Made by a program: the position numbers and the translations under genes. A stretch of 64,000 nt of DNA from Alphaproteobacteria bacterium. GTDB lineage: Bacteria > Pseudomonadota > Alphaproteobacteria > Rickettsiales > UBA3002. This document shows, piece by piece, positions 1 to 9,832 of the stretch (the first letter of the stretch is position 1; the number at the start of each line of letters is the position of its first letter). Below the pieces are notes generated by a model. It was not told the origin of the DNA. It did no database searches and worked only from the letters and a program-made list of their open reading frames with translations. The stretch spans positions 9,717 to 73,716 of the forward strand of contig JANNSK010000008.1 of the NCBI GenBank assembly GCA_031402515.1, written 5' to 3'.

Positions 1-2702
1 TTGAGCGAGCCGCCGGTCAGGTTCATGGTGAGCAGCGCGCCGCCGATGGCGAGCGGCACGGTGAGCAGGATGATCAACGGATCACGGAAGCTTTCAAACT
101 GCGCGGCGAGTACGAGATAAATAAATACCAGCGCCATGCCAAATACGGCGGCCATGTTGGATGAGGATTCCTTGAACTCGCGGCTGTTACCGCCGTAATC
201 GATGCGGGTGGCGGGCGCTACTTCGCGCACGACCTGCTCGATGTCCGATAGTGCGTTACCTAGTCCAACGCCCGGCGCGAGGTTGGTGGTGATGGTCACT
301 GCGCGCAGCTTGTTGAAATGGTTGAGCTCGCGCGGGGCGACGCCCTCCTCCAGCGTCACCACATTGGCAAGCGGCGCCATCTCGTTGTTTTTGCCGCGCA
401 CATAGATCGCCGTGAGGTCCGAAGGCGTCATGCGTTTATCGTCGGCGATTTTGACCAGCACGTCATACTGTTCCGAGCCGCGCTTGAAGCGCGTCACCTT
501 GCGCCCGCCAAGCATCGTCTCCAGCGTGCGCCCGGCATCGTCCACCGCGATGCCCATGCCCGCCATTTTTTCGCGCTGCATCAACACACGCAGCTCCGGC
601 TTGTTGAGTTTTAGATCCGTATCGGGTGTGCGGATGCCCGGATTCTGCATCAGCTTCGCCATGATTTTTTCGGTTAGTTCGTTCAGTTTCTCGTAGCTGT
701 CCGTGGTCTGGATCACGATCTCCACCGGCTGGCTGCGCGCGCCCTGCCCCAGCGATTGCGGGTTGATGGCGAAATTGAGCGTACCGGTGATGCCGAGCAG
801 TTTGGGGGTTACTTCCTCGATAATGTCGAAGGAGGAGCGCGAGCGCGACCCCCACGGCTCCAGCCCGAGCACAGAGAAAGTCTGCGTCACGAAGGGGAAC
901 CCTACGGCGATGAAACGCCATTTGCCTTCCGGCACGGCGTCCAAAATCGCTTCCATCTGTTTGGCGTACTGGTCGGAATACTGGATGGTCGAGCCTTCCG
1001 GCGAAATGCCGATGCCGAAAATCACCCCGCGATCCTCCGGCGGCGAGAGTTCCGACTGCAGGTTGAGGAATAGTACGCCGGAGAGGGCGAACGCCAAAAA
1101 TGCGCCGAGCACCACGCGGCCCTTGCGCGCCAGCGTACGCTCGAGGCGGCGTTTATAACCGGCCTCGATGGACAGTATCCAGCGCTCGATTTTCGCCGAC
1201 CACGGCGGCTGGCTTGTATGGTGTTCCATGGAGAGGATGCGCGAGCACATCATGGGCGAGAGCGTCAGTGCGGTGACACCGGAGATGAGCACGGCGCAGG
1301 CGAGCGTCAGTGCGAACTCGACAAAAAGCTGGCCGGTGCGGCCCGGCGTCAGCGCCACCGGCACGAACACGGTGGCCAGCGTCAGCGTCATCGCCACCAC
1401 GGCAAAACCGATCTCGCGCATGCCTTTGGCGGAGGCGTGGATGGCGTCCATCCCGCCTTCCATATGGCGGTAGATATTCTCGAGCACGACAATCGCGTCG
1501 TCGACGACGAGGCCGATGGCGAGCACCATGGCGAGCATGGTCAGCGTGTTGATGGAGAATCCGAACAGATACATCAGCGCCAGGGTGCCGATGAGCGAAA
1601 TGGGAATGGTGACGAGCGGGATCAGCGTCGCCCGCGCCGTGCGCAGGAAGAAGAAAATCGTGAGCACGACGAGCACGATCGCCTCGATGATCGTGTGGAA
1701 GACGTTGTTGATCGAGCGGGCGATGAAGACCGAGGAATCGAAGGCGACGCTGAGTGTCATGGTTTGCGGCAGGTCGCGCTGGATGGCGGGAAGCTCGGCG
1801 CGCACGGCTTTGGAAATGTCGAGCGGGTTGGCGATCGACTGCTTGACGATGCCAAGCGCGATGGCCGATTTGCCGTTGAAGCGGGCGATGGAACGCTCCT
1901 CCTCCGCACCGTAGCCGATATCGGCAACGTCGCCCAGGCGGACGAGATGCCCGACGGCGGCCTCTTTCAGGATGATGTTGCGGAATTCTTCAGGCGTGTT
2001 GAGGTCGGTCTGCGAGACGACGGTGAATTCGCGGTCGAGCGATTCGATGCGCCCGGCAGGTATTTCTACGTTCTGCGCGCGGATAGCATTCTCGGCATCC
2101 TGCGTAGTAAGATCGAAAGCGGCGAGTTTTTCGCGGTCGAGCGAAACGCGCATGGAGTAGCGGCGCTCGGCGAACAGGCGCACACTCGACACGCCGGGCA
2201 GCACCTGCAACCGATCCTGCACGATGATGTCGGCCGCCTCACTGACATCGAGTGGGTTGGCGGTGTCGCTGTTCAACGCCAGCCAGATGATCGGCTGCGC
2301 GTCGGCCTCGACCTTGGCGATGATCGGCTCCTCGATTTCTTCCGGCAGCAGCTTTCTGACACGTGCCACACGGTCACGTACATCAGCGGCGGCGCCGTCA
2401 GCATCACGACTGAGTTTAAACTGTACGGTAATCTGGCTTTGCTCGGAGCGCGAGATGGATTTGATGAAATCAATCCCCTCAATGCCGGAGAGCGAATCTT
2501 CCAAAGGTTTAGTGATCTGCGATTCGATGATCTTGGCCGAAGCTCCGAGATAGTCGGTTTCAACCGTCACCACCGGCACATCGATATTCGGGTATTCGCG
2601 CAAACTCAGCCGATCATAACCGACCAATCCAAGTAGAATAATGACAAGGTTGACAACAATCGAGAGAACCGGCCGCCTGATACAGATCTCGGAAAGCGTC
2701 AC
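1..2702 (-). CDS. RND-family (AcrB/HAE1-like) efflux permease; C-terminal part runs off the left edge
   Basis: Absent from the ORF track because it is open at the window edge. My reverse-strand translation from GTG at 2702 reads VTLSEICIRRPVLSIVVNLVIILLG..., a typical RND N-terminus. It lies 3 nt downstream of the adaptor gene. The + strand ORFs here are Arg/Gly/Asp-rich antisense artefacts. Confidence 0.85.
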   Translation of the reverse strand, partial: MTLSEICIRRPVLSIVVNLVIILLGLVGYDRLSLREYPNIDVPVVTVETDYLGASAKIIESQITKPLEDSLSGIEGIDFIKSISRSEQSQITVQFKLSRDADGAAADVRDRVARVRKLLPEEIEEPIIAKVEADAQPIIWLALNSDTANPLDVSEAADIIVQDRLQVLPGVSSVRLFAERRYSMRVSLDREKLAAFDLTTQDAENAIRAQNVEIPAGRIESLDREFTVVSQTDLNTPEEFRNIILKEAAVGHLVRLGDVADIGYGAEEERSIARFNGKSAIALGIVKQSIANPLDISKAVRAELPAIQRDLPQTMTLSVAFDSSVFIARSINNVFHTIIEAIVLVVLTIFFFLRTARATLIPLVTIPISLIGTLALMYLFGFSINTLTMLAMVLAIGLVVDDAIVVLENIYRHMEGGMDAIHASAKGMREIGFAVVAMTLTLATVFVPVALTPGRTGQLFVEFALTLACAVLISGVTALTLSPMMCSRILSMEHHTSQPPWSAKIERWILSIEAGYKRRLERTLARKGRVVLGAFLAFALSGVLFLNLQSELSPPEDRGVIFGIGISPEGSTIQYSDQYAKQMEAILDAVPEGKWRFIAVGFPFVTQTFSVLGLEPWGSRSRSSFDIIEEVTPKLLGITGTLNFAINPQSLGQGARSQPVEIVIQTTDSYEKLNELTEKIMAKLMQNPGIRTPDTDLKLNKPELRVLMQREKMAGMGIAVDDAGRTLETMLGGRKVTRFKRGSEQYDVLVKIADDKRMTPSDLTAIYVRGKNNEMAPLANVVTLEEGVAPRELNHFNKLRAVTITTNLAPGVGLGNALSDIEQVVREVAPATRIDYGGNSREFKESSSNMAAVFGMALVFIYLVLAAQFESFRDPLIILLTVPLAIGGALLTMNLTGGSL

Positions 2703-2705
2703 GGC

Positions 2706-3818
2706 CTATTCCTTCGTAGTAGCGGGCGGTGGCGTGCCTTTCGGCAACCGCATGACTTTGGCACCGGGTTGTAGTTTTATCTGGCCGGAAGTGACTACTT
2801 CGTCGCCCGCATTCAATCCCTCGACGATTTCGACTTCGCCCTTGAGACGTGTACCGAGTTTCACCGGCACCAGGCTCACCGTGTCATCCGCACCGATGCG
2901 ATAGAGGAACGTATCGTTACCCTGTGGGATAATCGTATTCTCCGGCACCACGAGCGCCGCCTGCTTATTTTCCACTGTCAGTACGACGCGCGCGAAATAG
3001 CCGGGCTTCAGCTTGTAGTCGGGGTTGGGGATGGTGGCGCGCAGAGCAACGGCGCGGCCTTCGACATCAAGCTGCGGATCGAGCGCATAGACCGTGCCGC
3101 GGAAGGTTTCACCGGGTAATGCTTCAACCGAAATGTCGATCTGCTGGCCCTGCTGCAACTGGCCCGCCTGTGTTTCGGGGATGGTAAAATTTACCTTCAT
3201 CGGATCGTAGCTGACGAAATTGGCGAGCTCCTGCCCCACATTCACATAATCACCGGGGCTGACTTTGCGCAGTCCAACCAGCCCATCAAAAGGCGCAGTG
3301 ATGACCGCGTAATCTACCCGGGTTCTGGCAAGGTCGTGATTGGCCTGCGCTACGCCGAGATTGGCGCGCGCCTCATCCGCCGAGCGTTTGGTTGCCGCCC
3401 CCGTGCCAGCCAGCGTGCGGAATCGCTCGTCGTTGAGCTGGGCGAGATGCAGCTGAGCGGCAGACTGTTTCAACTCGGCGCGAGCCATGCGATCATCGAT
3501 CTGGAACAGTTTCTCACCTTTTTTTATCGGCTGACCTTCTTCGAAAGTAATCTCGGTAATGCGCCCGGCGACTTCAGGACGAATGATACTGGATTCATTG
3601 GCGGCCAATGTCCCTACGCTATCGATAGTGATATCAAGCGCGCGCGGTTCGATTTTCACCGATTCGACCGGCATGGCGAATCCGCCGGGCTGGCCGCCCA
3701 CACCACCGATGTAATGACGAACGAAATAAAGTGCTGCCACTGCTATGAGTAGTATAACGAAGATGAGCGGGCGTTTGCCGCTCATGAATCCGGATGGTTT
3801 TATCGTTGGGTTCTTCAT
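2706..3818 (-). CDS. Efflux RND periplasmic adaptor (membrane fusion protein)
   Basis: 370 aa with an N-terminal TM anchor, a coiled-coil hairpin (ARAELKQSAAQLHLAQLNDERFRTLAG...ANLGVAQANHDLARTRVDY) and a beta-barrel tail. Sits immediately upstream of the RND permease. Confidence 0.9.
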   Translation of the reverse strand: MKNPTIKPSGFMSGKRPLIFVILLIAVAALYFVRHYIGGVGGQPGGFAMPVESVKIEPRALDITIDSVGTLAANESSIIRPEVAGRITEITFEEGQPIKKGEKLFQIDDRMARAELKQSAAQLHLAQLNDERFRTLAGTGAATKRSADEARANLGVAQANHDLARTRVDYAVITAPFDGLVGLRKVSPGDYVNVGQELANFVSYDPMKVNFTIPETQAGQLQQGQQIDISVEALPGETFRGTVYALDPQLDVEGRAVALRATIPNPDYKLKPGYFARVVLTVENKQAALVVPENTIIPQGNDTFLYRIGADDTVSLVPVKLGTRLKGEVEIVEGLNAGDEVVTSGQIKLQPGAKVMRLPKGTPPPATTKE

Positions 3819-3998
3819 GGCGCAATTGTTCTAGTAGACTCGCTGACTAATGCCAAGGGTACAAGCCGTGATACATTGTTTTTCCTACACTGATTGCTAT
3901 TGCCTCTGACGCATGGCTTAGCAAGCGCCCTACAAACTGCTGGCAAATATTGATTTTCCTGCTAGGGTTTCTGCCTTTGCAGCCCTACGGAGGTCGAG

Positions 3999-5249
3999 AT
4001 GGCCGGAGCAGACGTCAAGGAATTCACCATATTTGGACTAAAAATGTGGCAGCAGGTGCTGATCGGCCTGGCACTCGGCATCGTTACCGGCTTCGTGCTC
4101 GGCCCCGATGCGGCATCGCTAAAAATTTTCGGCACGATCTTCATCAACCTGGTTAAAATGGTCGTGGTGCCGCTGATTTTCCTGGCGCTGGTTTCCGGCA
4201 TTACCAGCATGGGCGAAGGCGCCAACTTCAAACGCGTCGGCCTGAAAGGTGTGTTCGCCTATCTCTCGACCGCTTTATTTGCCGTGATTATCGGCCTTGC
4301 CACGGGCTATGTCCTCAAACCCGGCGAAGGGCTCAACGTCAATATCGCCGATTATACCAACGACGCGCCCGCCTCCAATGCGCCGCTGATGAAACTGTCG
4401 GACTTCCTGCTCGACCTCATCCCCACCAACATCTTCGGTTCGTTTGCTTCGGCCAACCTTCTGCAGATTATCGTCTTCGCCGTGCTGTTTGGCATGACCA
4501 TGAACTCCATGGGCAAAAAAGCGGCGCGGCCCAAAGAGATTATCCATGACTTTGCCCAGATCGTTTTCAAGCTGATTGAATATATCGTGCGGCTGGCACC
4601 ACTCGCTGTGTTCGGCTTCATGGCTTGGTCGGTTGGTACGCAGGGCATGGAGATCGTAAAAATCCTAATCAAGCTGGTGGGAGCTGTCCTGCTTGCCTGC
4701 ATGTTCCAGTATGCGCTGTTCGGCATCATGATCGCCGTCTTCGCTCGCCTCAACCCGTTCGTCTTTTACCGCAAGCTTGTCACCACACAGCTGATGGCAT
4801 TTTCCACATCCTCGTCGAAGGCAACGCTGACTACCGCCATGCGCGAATGCCATTCCAAGCTTGGTGTCTCCGAGCAGTCCACGCAGTTCCTGCTGCCACT
4901 GGGTGCTGCAATCAATATGGACGGCACGGCAATTTATCTTGGCATCTGCGCACTGTTTTTCTCGCAGCTATTCGGCCATCCACTGCAAATGGCCGATTAT
5001 GCCGTGCTGCTACTGGCCTGTACGTTAGGCTCCATCGGTGCGGCGGGGATTCCATCCGGCTCGATCATCTTCATGGGCATGGTGCTCAATTCGGTCGGTC
5101 TGCCGATTGAAGGTATCGGCCTCTTGCTCGGTGTTGACCGTGCGCTCGACATGGTGCGCACCACCATCAACATCACCGGCGATTGCACCATCACCACGAT
5201 TATTGATGCGACCGAAAAGACGCTGGATAAGAAAGTGTATTATAGTTAG
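3999..5249 (+). CDS. Dicarboxylate/amino acid:cation symporter (DAACS, GltP/DctA-like)
   Basis: 416 aa polytopic protein with SSSKATLTTAM and INMDGTAIY-type motifs characteristic of the family. The start may be the internal MWQQ. Confidence 0.85.
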   Translation: MAGADVKEFTIFGLKMWQQVLIGLALGIVTGFVLGPDAASLKIFGTIFINLVKMVVVPLIFLALVSGITSMGEGANFKRVGLKGVFAYLSTALFAVIIGLATGYVLKPGEGLNVNIADYTNDAPASNAPLMKLSDFLLDLIPTNIFGSFASANLLQIIVFAVLFGMTMNSMGKKAARPKEIIHDFAQIVFKLIEYIVRLAPLAVFGFMAWSVGTQGMEIVKILIKLVGAVLLACMFQYALFGIMIAVFARLNPFVFYRKLVTTQLMAFSTSSSKATLTTAMRECHSKLGVSEQSTQFLLPLGAAINMDGTAIYLGICALFFSQLFGHPLQMADYAVLLLACTLGSIGAAGIPSGSIIFMGMVLNSVGLPIEGIGLLLGVDRALDMVRTTINITGDCTITTIIDATEKTLDKKVYYS

Positions 5250-5255
5250 GCCATC

Positions 5256-6260
5256 ATGGACCGCCCTTTGTGGATGTGGATTATCTTTTTCGCCGTCGTC
5301 GCCCTGCTACTGGTCTTTGATCTCGGCGTACTGCACCGTAAATACAAACCCATCGAGGTGAAAGAAGCGCTGTTGCGCAGCGCGTTTTATCTGGCGCTAG
5401 CCATGGGCTTCAACGTATTCGTGTTCCTCAATCTCGGCCGCCAGCCGGGTTACGAATTCTTCATGGGCTACCTGATCGAGCAATCGTTGAGCCTCGACAA
5501 CCTGTTCGTGTTCATGCTCATCTTCACCCATTTCGGCGTGCCGCGCCAATACCAGCATCGCGTGCTGCTCTGGGGCATCCTGGGCGCGGTGATACTGCGC
5601 GGCATTATGATCTGGCTCGGCTCCACCCTCATTCAGGAATTTACCTGGGTGACGTACGTCTTCGGCGCATTCCTCGTCATCACCGGCATCAAGCTACTCT
5701 TCGCGGCAGACGCGGAGCCCGATGTCACCAACAACCGCATCATCCGTTATATGCGTAAGAATTTTTCCATCACCAAAGACTACGAGGGCGAGAAATTTTT
5801 TGTTGTACGCAACGGCAAGCGGATGATGACGCCACTATTCCTCGTGCTGATACTCATCGAAGTCTCCGACCTTGTCTTCGCGGTGGATTCAATACCGGCG
5901 ATTTTTGCCGTCACTTCCGACCCGTTTATTGTCTACACCTCGAATATCTTCGCCATCCTCGGCCTGCGTTCGCTGTATTTCGCGCTGGCTGCTTTCCTCT
6001 ACCGCTTCGAGTACCTAAAATACGGATTGTCGGCAATCCTGACGCTGATCGGCCTAAAAATGCTGGTGAACCATTATTTCAGCTCGCCGATTATCCCCAC
6101 CGAGATTTCGTTGATTGTTACGGTGACCATCCTTATTTTCTCCGCCGTGCTGTCGCTGGTCAAAACCCGCCGCTCACCCCGTAAAGTAGTGACGACCGGT
6201 TGGGTGCCGGGATCAACGCCCAAGAAGAAGAAAAAGAAAAAAGAACCCAAACCGGAGTAA
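5256..6260 (+). CDS. TerC family integral membrane protein
   Basis: 334 aa with repeated LSLDNLFVF / SDLVFAVDSIPAIFAV motifs typical of TerC/Alx. Carries a Lys-rich C-terminal tail. Confidence 0.85.
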   Translation: MDRPLWMWIIFFAVVALLLVFDLGVLHRKYKPIEVKEALLRSAFYLALAMGFNVFVFLNLGRQPGYEFFMGYLIEQSLSLDNLFVFMLIFTHFGVPRQYQHRVLLWGILGAVILRGIMIWLGSTLIQEFTWVTYVFGAFLVITGIKLLFAADAEPDVTNNRIIRYMRKNFSITKDYEGEKFFVVRNGKRMMTPLFLVLILIEVSDLVFAVDSIPAIFAVTSDPFIVYTSNIFAILGLRSLYFALAAFLYRFEYLKYGLSAILTLIGLKMLVNHYFSSPIIPTEISLIVTVTILIFSAVLSLVKTRRSPRKVVTTGWVPGSTPKKKKKKKEPKPE

Positions 6261-6263
6261 CTG

Positions 6264-7187
6264 ATGCGTTTTCCTTTCCAGCTTTTCCGCAACGTGCCGA
6301 AGTTCGATTTTGTCGGCTACCGCAAGGTCGGATTTTTGATTACCGGCCTCGGTGTGATTGTCTCGATTGCCTCGATTGCCATCCATGGATTCAATTTTGG
6401 CATCGACTTCACCGGCGGCGTGGTCATGGAAGTGCGCACCGAACAAGTGGCCGACGTGGGCAAAATGCGCAGCCTGCTCGATACGGCGGGCACGCAGAAT
6501 GCCAGCCTGCAATCGGTCGGTGATGGCACGCAAGTGCTGATTCGCATAAAACCCGAGGGGACCGAGAATCAGAACCAAGTTGCCCAAGGCGTGCGCGGCG
6601 CGCTCGATACCGGTTACGGTAGTAAAGTGGACTACCTCAAGGTCGATTATGTCGGCCCGCAGGTGGGCTCGGAACTCATCCGTGGCAGTATCATTGCACT
6701 CGCGCTCGCCATGGGCGCCATCATGCTTTACCTGTGGTTTCGCTTCGAATGGCAGTATGGCGTAGGCGGCGTGCTGGCACTCATCCACGATGCCATACTC
6801 ACCCTCGGTTTTTATTCTATTAGCCAAATCGAGTTCAACCTGACCTCGGTCGCAGCACTTCTCACCATCATCGGCTATTCGATTAACGACTCGGTGGTCA
6901 TCTTCGACCGTATCCGCGAAAACCTCCGTAAATATAAAATCCGGCCGCTGGGGGAAGTACTCAATCTTTCCGTCAACGAAACACTGGCGCGCACGTTCCT
7001 CACGGCAGGCACGGTGCTCGCCGCACTCATCGGTCTTGTCGGATTCGGTGGCGAGGTGTTGTTCGGCTTCTCGACGGCGATGATTTTTGGACTCCTAGTC
7101 GGCACCTATTCGTCCATCTATGTCTCGGCGACGGTGCTTATCTACATGAACCTGCGTAACGAGGATGCAGCTGATGCGACAGCATAA
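6264..7187 (+). CDS. secF: Protein translocase subunit SecF
   Basis: 307 aa with the SecF pattern FDFVGYRK...GIDFTGG...YSINDSVVIFDRIRE. No secD is adjacent. Confidence 0.9.
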   Translation: MRFPFQLFRNVPKFDFVGYRKVGFLITGLGVIVSIASIAIHGFNFGIDFTGGVVMEVRTEQVADVGKMRSLLDTAGTQNASLQSVGDGTQVLIRIKPEGTENQNQVAQGVRGALDTGYGSKVDYLKVDYVGPQVGSELIRGSIIALALAMGAIMLYLWFRFEWQYGVGGVLALIHDAILTLGFYSISQIEFNLTSVAALLTIIGYSINDSVVIFDRIRENLRKYKIRPLGEVLNLSVNETLARTFLTAGTVLAALIGLVGFGGEVLFGFSTAMIFGLLVGTYSSIYVSATVLIYMNLRNEDAADATA

Positions 7188-7956
7188 GAACGCACTCCTT
7201 CATTTCGGCTGGCTAGCAGCAGCGCTGCTGACCATCGCCGCCGGGCCGCTATCCAATCCAAATGCGCCCTATCCTTACGCACCGCAGTTTGTTTTGCCGG
7301 AGGATGTACCACCGACCGTGCTGAAAGAGCCGCCGCGCCCCGGCTCGAAGGAATATAAAAAGGAACTGGAGCTGGTTGTCACCAACCAGAAATCGATGAC
7401 AAAAGAGAAAGCCGACATCGTCATGGGTGAAAGCGAGGTATGGCCGGAGATGATTACCCTACCCGCGCTCGGCGATGATTTCACCGAGGAGGAGTATCCG
7501 GCAACTTATCAGTTATTGAAACACGCCGGGTCCGACAGTTGGCGCATTAGCGACGAAACCCGCTACTATTGGAAATCCGTGCGACCATGGTTGGCCGACA
7601 AACGCGTGAAGCTCTATGTAAAGCCGATTGAAACGCCCAGCTATCCCAGCGGCCATACAGTCACCAACCATGTCTGGGCGAGTATTTTAAGCGACCTGAT
7701 GCCGGAACACCGCCAGAAGCTATTCCGACGTGCCGACGAAATCGCCAATCACCGGATCGATGGCGGTGTGCATTATATGTTCGATATCAAGGCCGGCCAT
7801 TTTATGGGCGATAAACTGTATCAGCAGATGCTGGGTTCCCTCGCCTTTCGGCGCGAATTCCGCGCGGCTTGCATCGAGATTCGCGGCAAGGAACATCATC
7901 TGCCAACCGTCAGCACACGCCGCTGTTTACCCAGCTTGGCGGCTGCTCCCCGTTGA
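7165..7956 (+). CDS. PAP2-superfamily (class A acid phosphatase-like) periplasmic phosphatase
   Basis: Signal-like N-terminus. PAP2 motifs are KSVRPW, PSGHT and NHRIDGGVHYMFD. Confidence 0.75.
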   Translation: MQLMRQHKNALLHFGWLAAALLTIAAGPLSNPNAPYPYAPQFVLPEDVPPTVLKEPPRPGSKEYKKELELVVTNQKSMTKEKADIVMGESEVWPEMITLPALGDDFTEEEYPATYQLLKHAGSDSWRISDETRYYWKSVRPWLADKRVKLYVKPIETPSYPSGHTVTNHVWASILSDLMPEHRQKLFRRADEIANHRIDGGVHYMFDIKAGHFMGDKLYQQMLGSLAFRREFRAACIEIRGKEHHLPTVSTRRCLPSLAAAPR

Positions 7957-9294
7957 GGATTCAGTCAGCTTGGTCTCATAAGATTGTAGATTGGCAATGA
8001 CTCTTGTCAGCTGCTCCAGCGGCCCGCAGAAAGTAACACGCGCGTGCCAGTCATCTTTGCCTGCGGGTGAACCTGGCGCGTAGAACGGAACACCAGGTAC
8101 AGGACAAACGCCCACCACATTCACCAGATAGCGCATCATGTCGGCAGGCGTGGTAATGGTGTAGGCTTCGCTGGATTCGGAAATACCCGCAGGCACCTGC
8201 TTACCTTTGAGTCCTACAAAATTTACCCAGCCATAAATCGTGCCGCGCGGATCTTCCATGTGTGCGGTTTTCATTTTAGCGACGCCTTCGGTAAGCATCT
8301 TGCCCTTTTCTTTGAGCAGATCGACAGCACTGACAATGAATCCATCACCATAGAGCAATGCTGCTTCAGCAAGTATCTGGTTTTCAACTCCCATACCGCC
8401 GCCTTTGTTTTCATTCCAGAGCTGTAAGCTGCGTAGCATGTCTTTATGTTTGGTGGCGACGAAGCCGACGCGCTCGCCTGCCAGACCGTACTCCTTGGAC
8501 ACGGTACGGAACACTGCCACACGCCCTTCAGCAAAGAGTTTTTTCTCGACGGGCCCGCGCTGCAATACGGCAGCGATGTCGTACGGCTCACGATCGAACA
8601 CGAGCTTGCCGTACGGGTCGTCGCTGGCAACAATGGTGTCTTTGGTTGTTGAGGTAATGGCAGCAAAAAACGCCTCGCGTTCTTCCGGTGTGTAGTTAGA
8701 GCCGGTGGGGTTCGAGGGCGCGTTAATGAGTACCATTTTTGGATTGGGATAGACTTTAAGCACCGCTGCCAAATCGGTAGCACGCAGGATACCGTCTTTT
8801 GTCGGAATCTCAACCAGTGTGACGCCGGGTGGAAACATATCGAAATTGCTCGGCCAACCGGGTACAGCCATCAGCACCACCTCGCCTGCCTTTACCGTAT
8901 TGAAAAACACGCCATTCAGCGCACCTTTGCCACCGACGCCAATCATGACTTCATCTTTGGTGACAGCGCATCCAGTATCGCGCGAGAAGGTGTGGGCAGC
9001 GGCAGCACGTAAGCTCGGCAAGCCAGTCGTTTCCGAATAGGCATAGATTTTCTCGCCCGTACGCAAGGTTGCATACATTTCCTGCTTAGCGTTTTCTGGG
9101 TTCGCGGCGTCTTGTTTCAAGCGATTCAGCCAGCGTGCCGTTTCATCCTGCGATGGTTTTGGAAACAAATCGCCGATGGTAACAAGATCAACCTTCTTAC
9201 CGCGCGCTTCGGCGTCTTTGGCCATACTGGCGGCGCTCATCGTCGGCGACGGGCGCATCTCGGTTTTACTGGTAATGGTGAAATATCCGGTCAT
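7927..9294 (-). CDS. PLP-dependent aminotransferase, class I/II
   Basis: 455 aa with NAPSNPTG and TVSKEYGLAGERVGF (PLP lysine) motifs. The start is uncertain because of a long N-terminal extension. Confidence 0.8.
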   Translation of the reverse strand: MTGYFTITSKTEMRPSPTMSAASMAKDAEARGKKVDLVTIGDLFPKPSQDETARWLNRLKQDAANPENAKQEMYATLRTGEKIYAYSETTGLPSLRAAAAHTFSRDTGCAVTKDEVMIGVGGKGALNGVFFNTVKAGEVVLMAVPGWPSNFDMFPPGVTLVEIPTKDGILRATDLAAVLKVYPNPKMVLINAPSNPTGSNYTPEEREAFFAAITSTTKDTIVASDDPYGKLVFDREPYDIAAVLQRGPVEKKLFAEGRVAVFRTVSKEYGLAGERVGFVATKHKDMLRSLQLWNENKGGGMGVENQILAEAALLYGDGFIVSAVDLLKEKGKMLTEGVAKMKTAHMEDPRGTIYGWVNFVGLKGKQVPAGISESSEAYTITTPADMMRYLVNVVGVCPVPGVPFYAPGSPAGKDDWHARVTFCGPLEQLTRVIANLQSYETKLTESSTGSSRQAG

Positions 9295-9352
9295 GGCTGG
9301 CTCCTCGCTTTTACGTAATAGCAGGCCCGCCCAAACTCAAGCGCTTTCCGCG

Positions 9353-9772
9353 TTACCTGCGCGACACAACCCACGCATCCGCTGACCATTTGCCCGCGCC
9401 CTGTGTGAGCAGAACGGCAAGCAGCATCGCCCAATAAACGTGCTGGATATTCTGGTCGTAGGTGAACTGGATGACCGCCGTCATGGCGATAAGTGGTAAC
9501 GTGGCAAGCCGTGCCGCAAGCCCCAATACCAGCAATGCTGGGCAGACAAGCTCAAAGAGCGTGGCACTATAAGCCGCAAAGATCGGCGGGACAAATGGCA
9601 CCTGATACTCGTCACGAAACAGGGCAATCGTATTCGCCATATCGCTGATTTTTACCATGCCAGAGAGGAAAAACACCCGCGCCATCCAGAGCCGGACGAT
9701 AAGCAGCAGGGCTGGAGAAAGCTGTGGCGCAATGGTAAGGAAGCGATTGTATAGTTTCATGATTGCTGGCAT
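9353..9772 (-). CDS. doxX: DoxX family membrane protein
   Basis: 139 aa, four TM segments, DoxX-like LLIVRLWMARVFFLSGMVK motif. Preceded by a SigF-type promoter. Confidence 0.8.
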   Translation of the reverse strand: MPAIMKLYNRFLTIAPQLSPALLLIVRLWMARVFFLSGMVKISDMANTIALFRDEYQVPFVPPIFAAYSATLFELVCPALLVLGLAARLATLPLIAMTAVIQFTYDQNIQHVYWAMLLAVLLTQGAGKWSADAWVVSRR

Positions 9773-9806
9773 AAATCCTCATTCGATTGAGTTTCGTATC
9801 CCTTCA

Positions 9807-9832
9807 TTCGAAGGTCAAGCGCGAATGGTTAC
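9807..9832 (-). promoter_or_regulatory. ECF (SigF/ECF16-type) promoter GTAACC-N16-CGAA driving doxX
   Basis: The reverse strand reads TGTAACCATTCG cgcttgacctt CGAAT. The spacer is exactly 16 nt. The site is about 35 nt upstream of the doxX ATG. Confidence 0.75.

Noticed and set aside
1218-2636. 472-aa + strand ORF (and several shorter ones) at the left edge
   Set aside because: The composition is Arg/Gly/Asp/His-rich and repetitive with no motifs. It lies antisense to a clean RND permease reading frame, so it is a typical high-GC antisense artefact.
6200-6260. A-rich run encoding KKKKKKKEPKPE at the TerC C-terminus as a possible slippery or frameshift site
   Set aside because: The run is interrupted (aagaagaagaaaaagaaaaaagaa), the ORF ends normally, and secF starts cleanly 4 nt later. 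No alternative-frame product is apparent.
9773-9798. Possible autoregulatory SigF-type promoter AAATCC-N16-CGTA upstream of sigF
   Set aside because: Only 3 of 6 and 3 of 4 positions match, against two perfect sites nearby. This is too weak to call.
9657-9824. Longer 239-aa version of the ECF sigma ORF
   Set aside because: The extension overlaps the doxX coding region on the other strand and has no sigma-factor features. The internal ATG at 9825 (or 9870) gives a normal-length ECF sigma.
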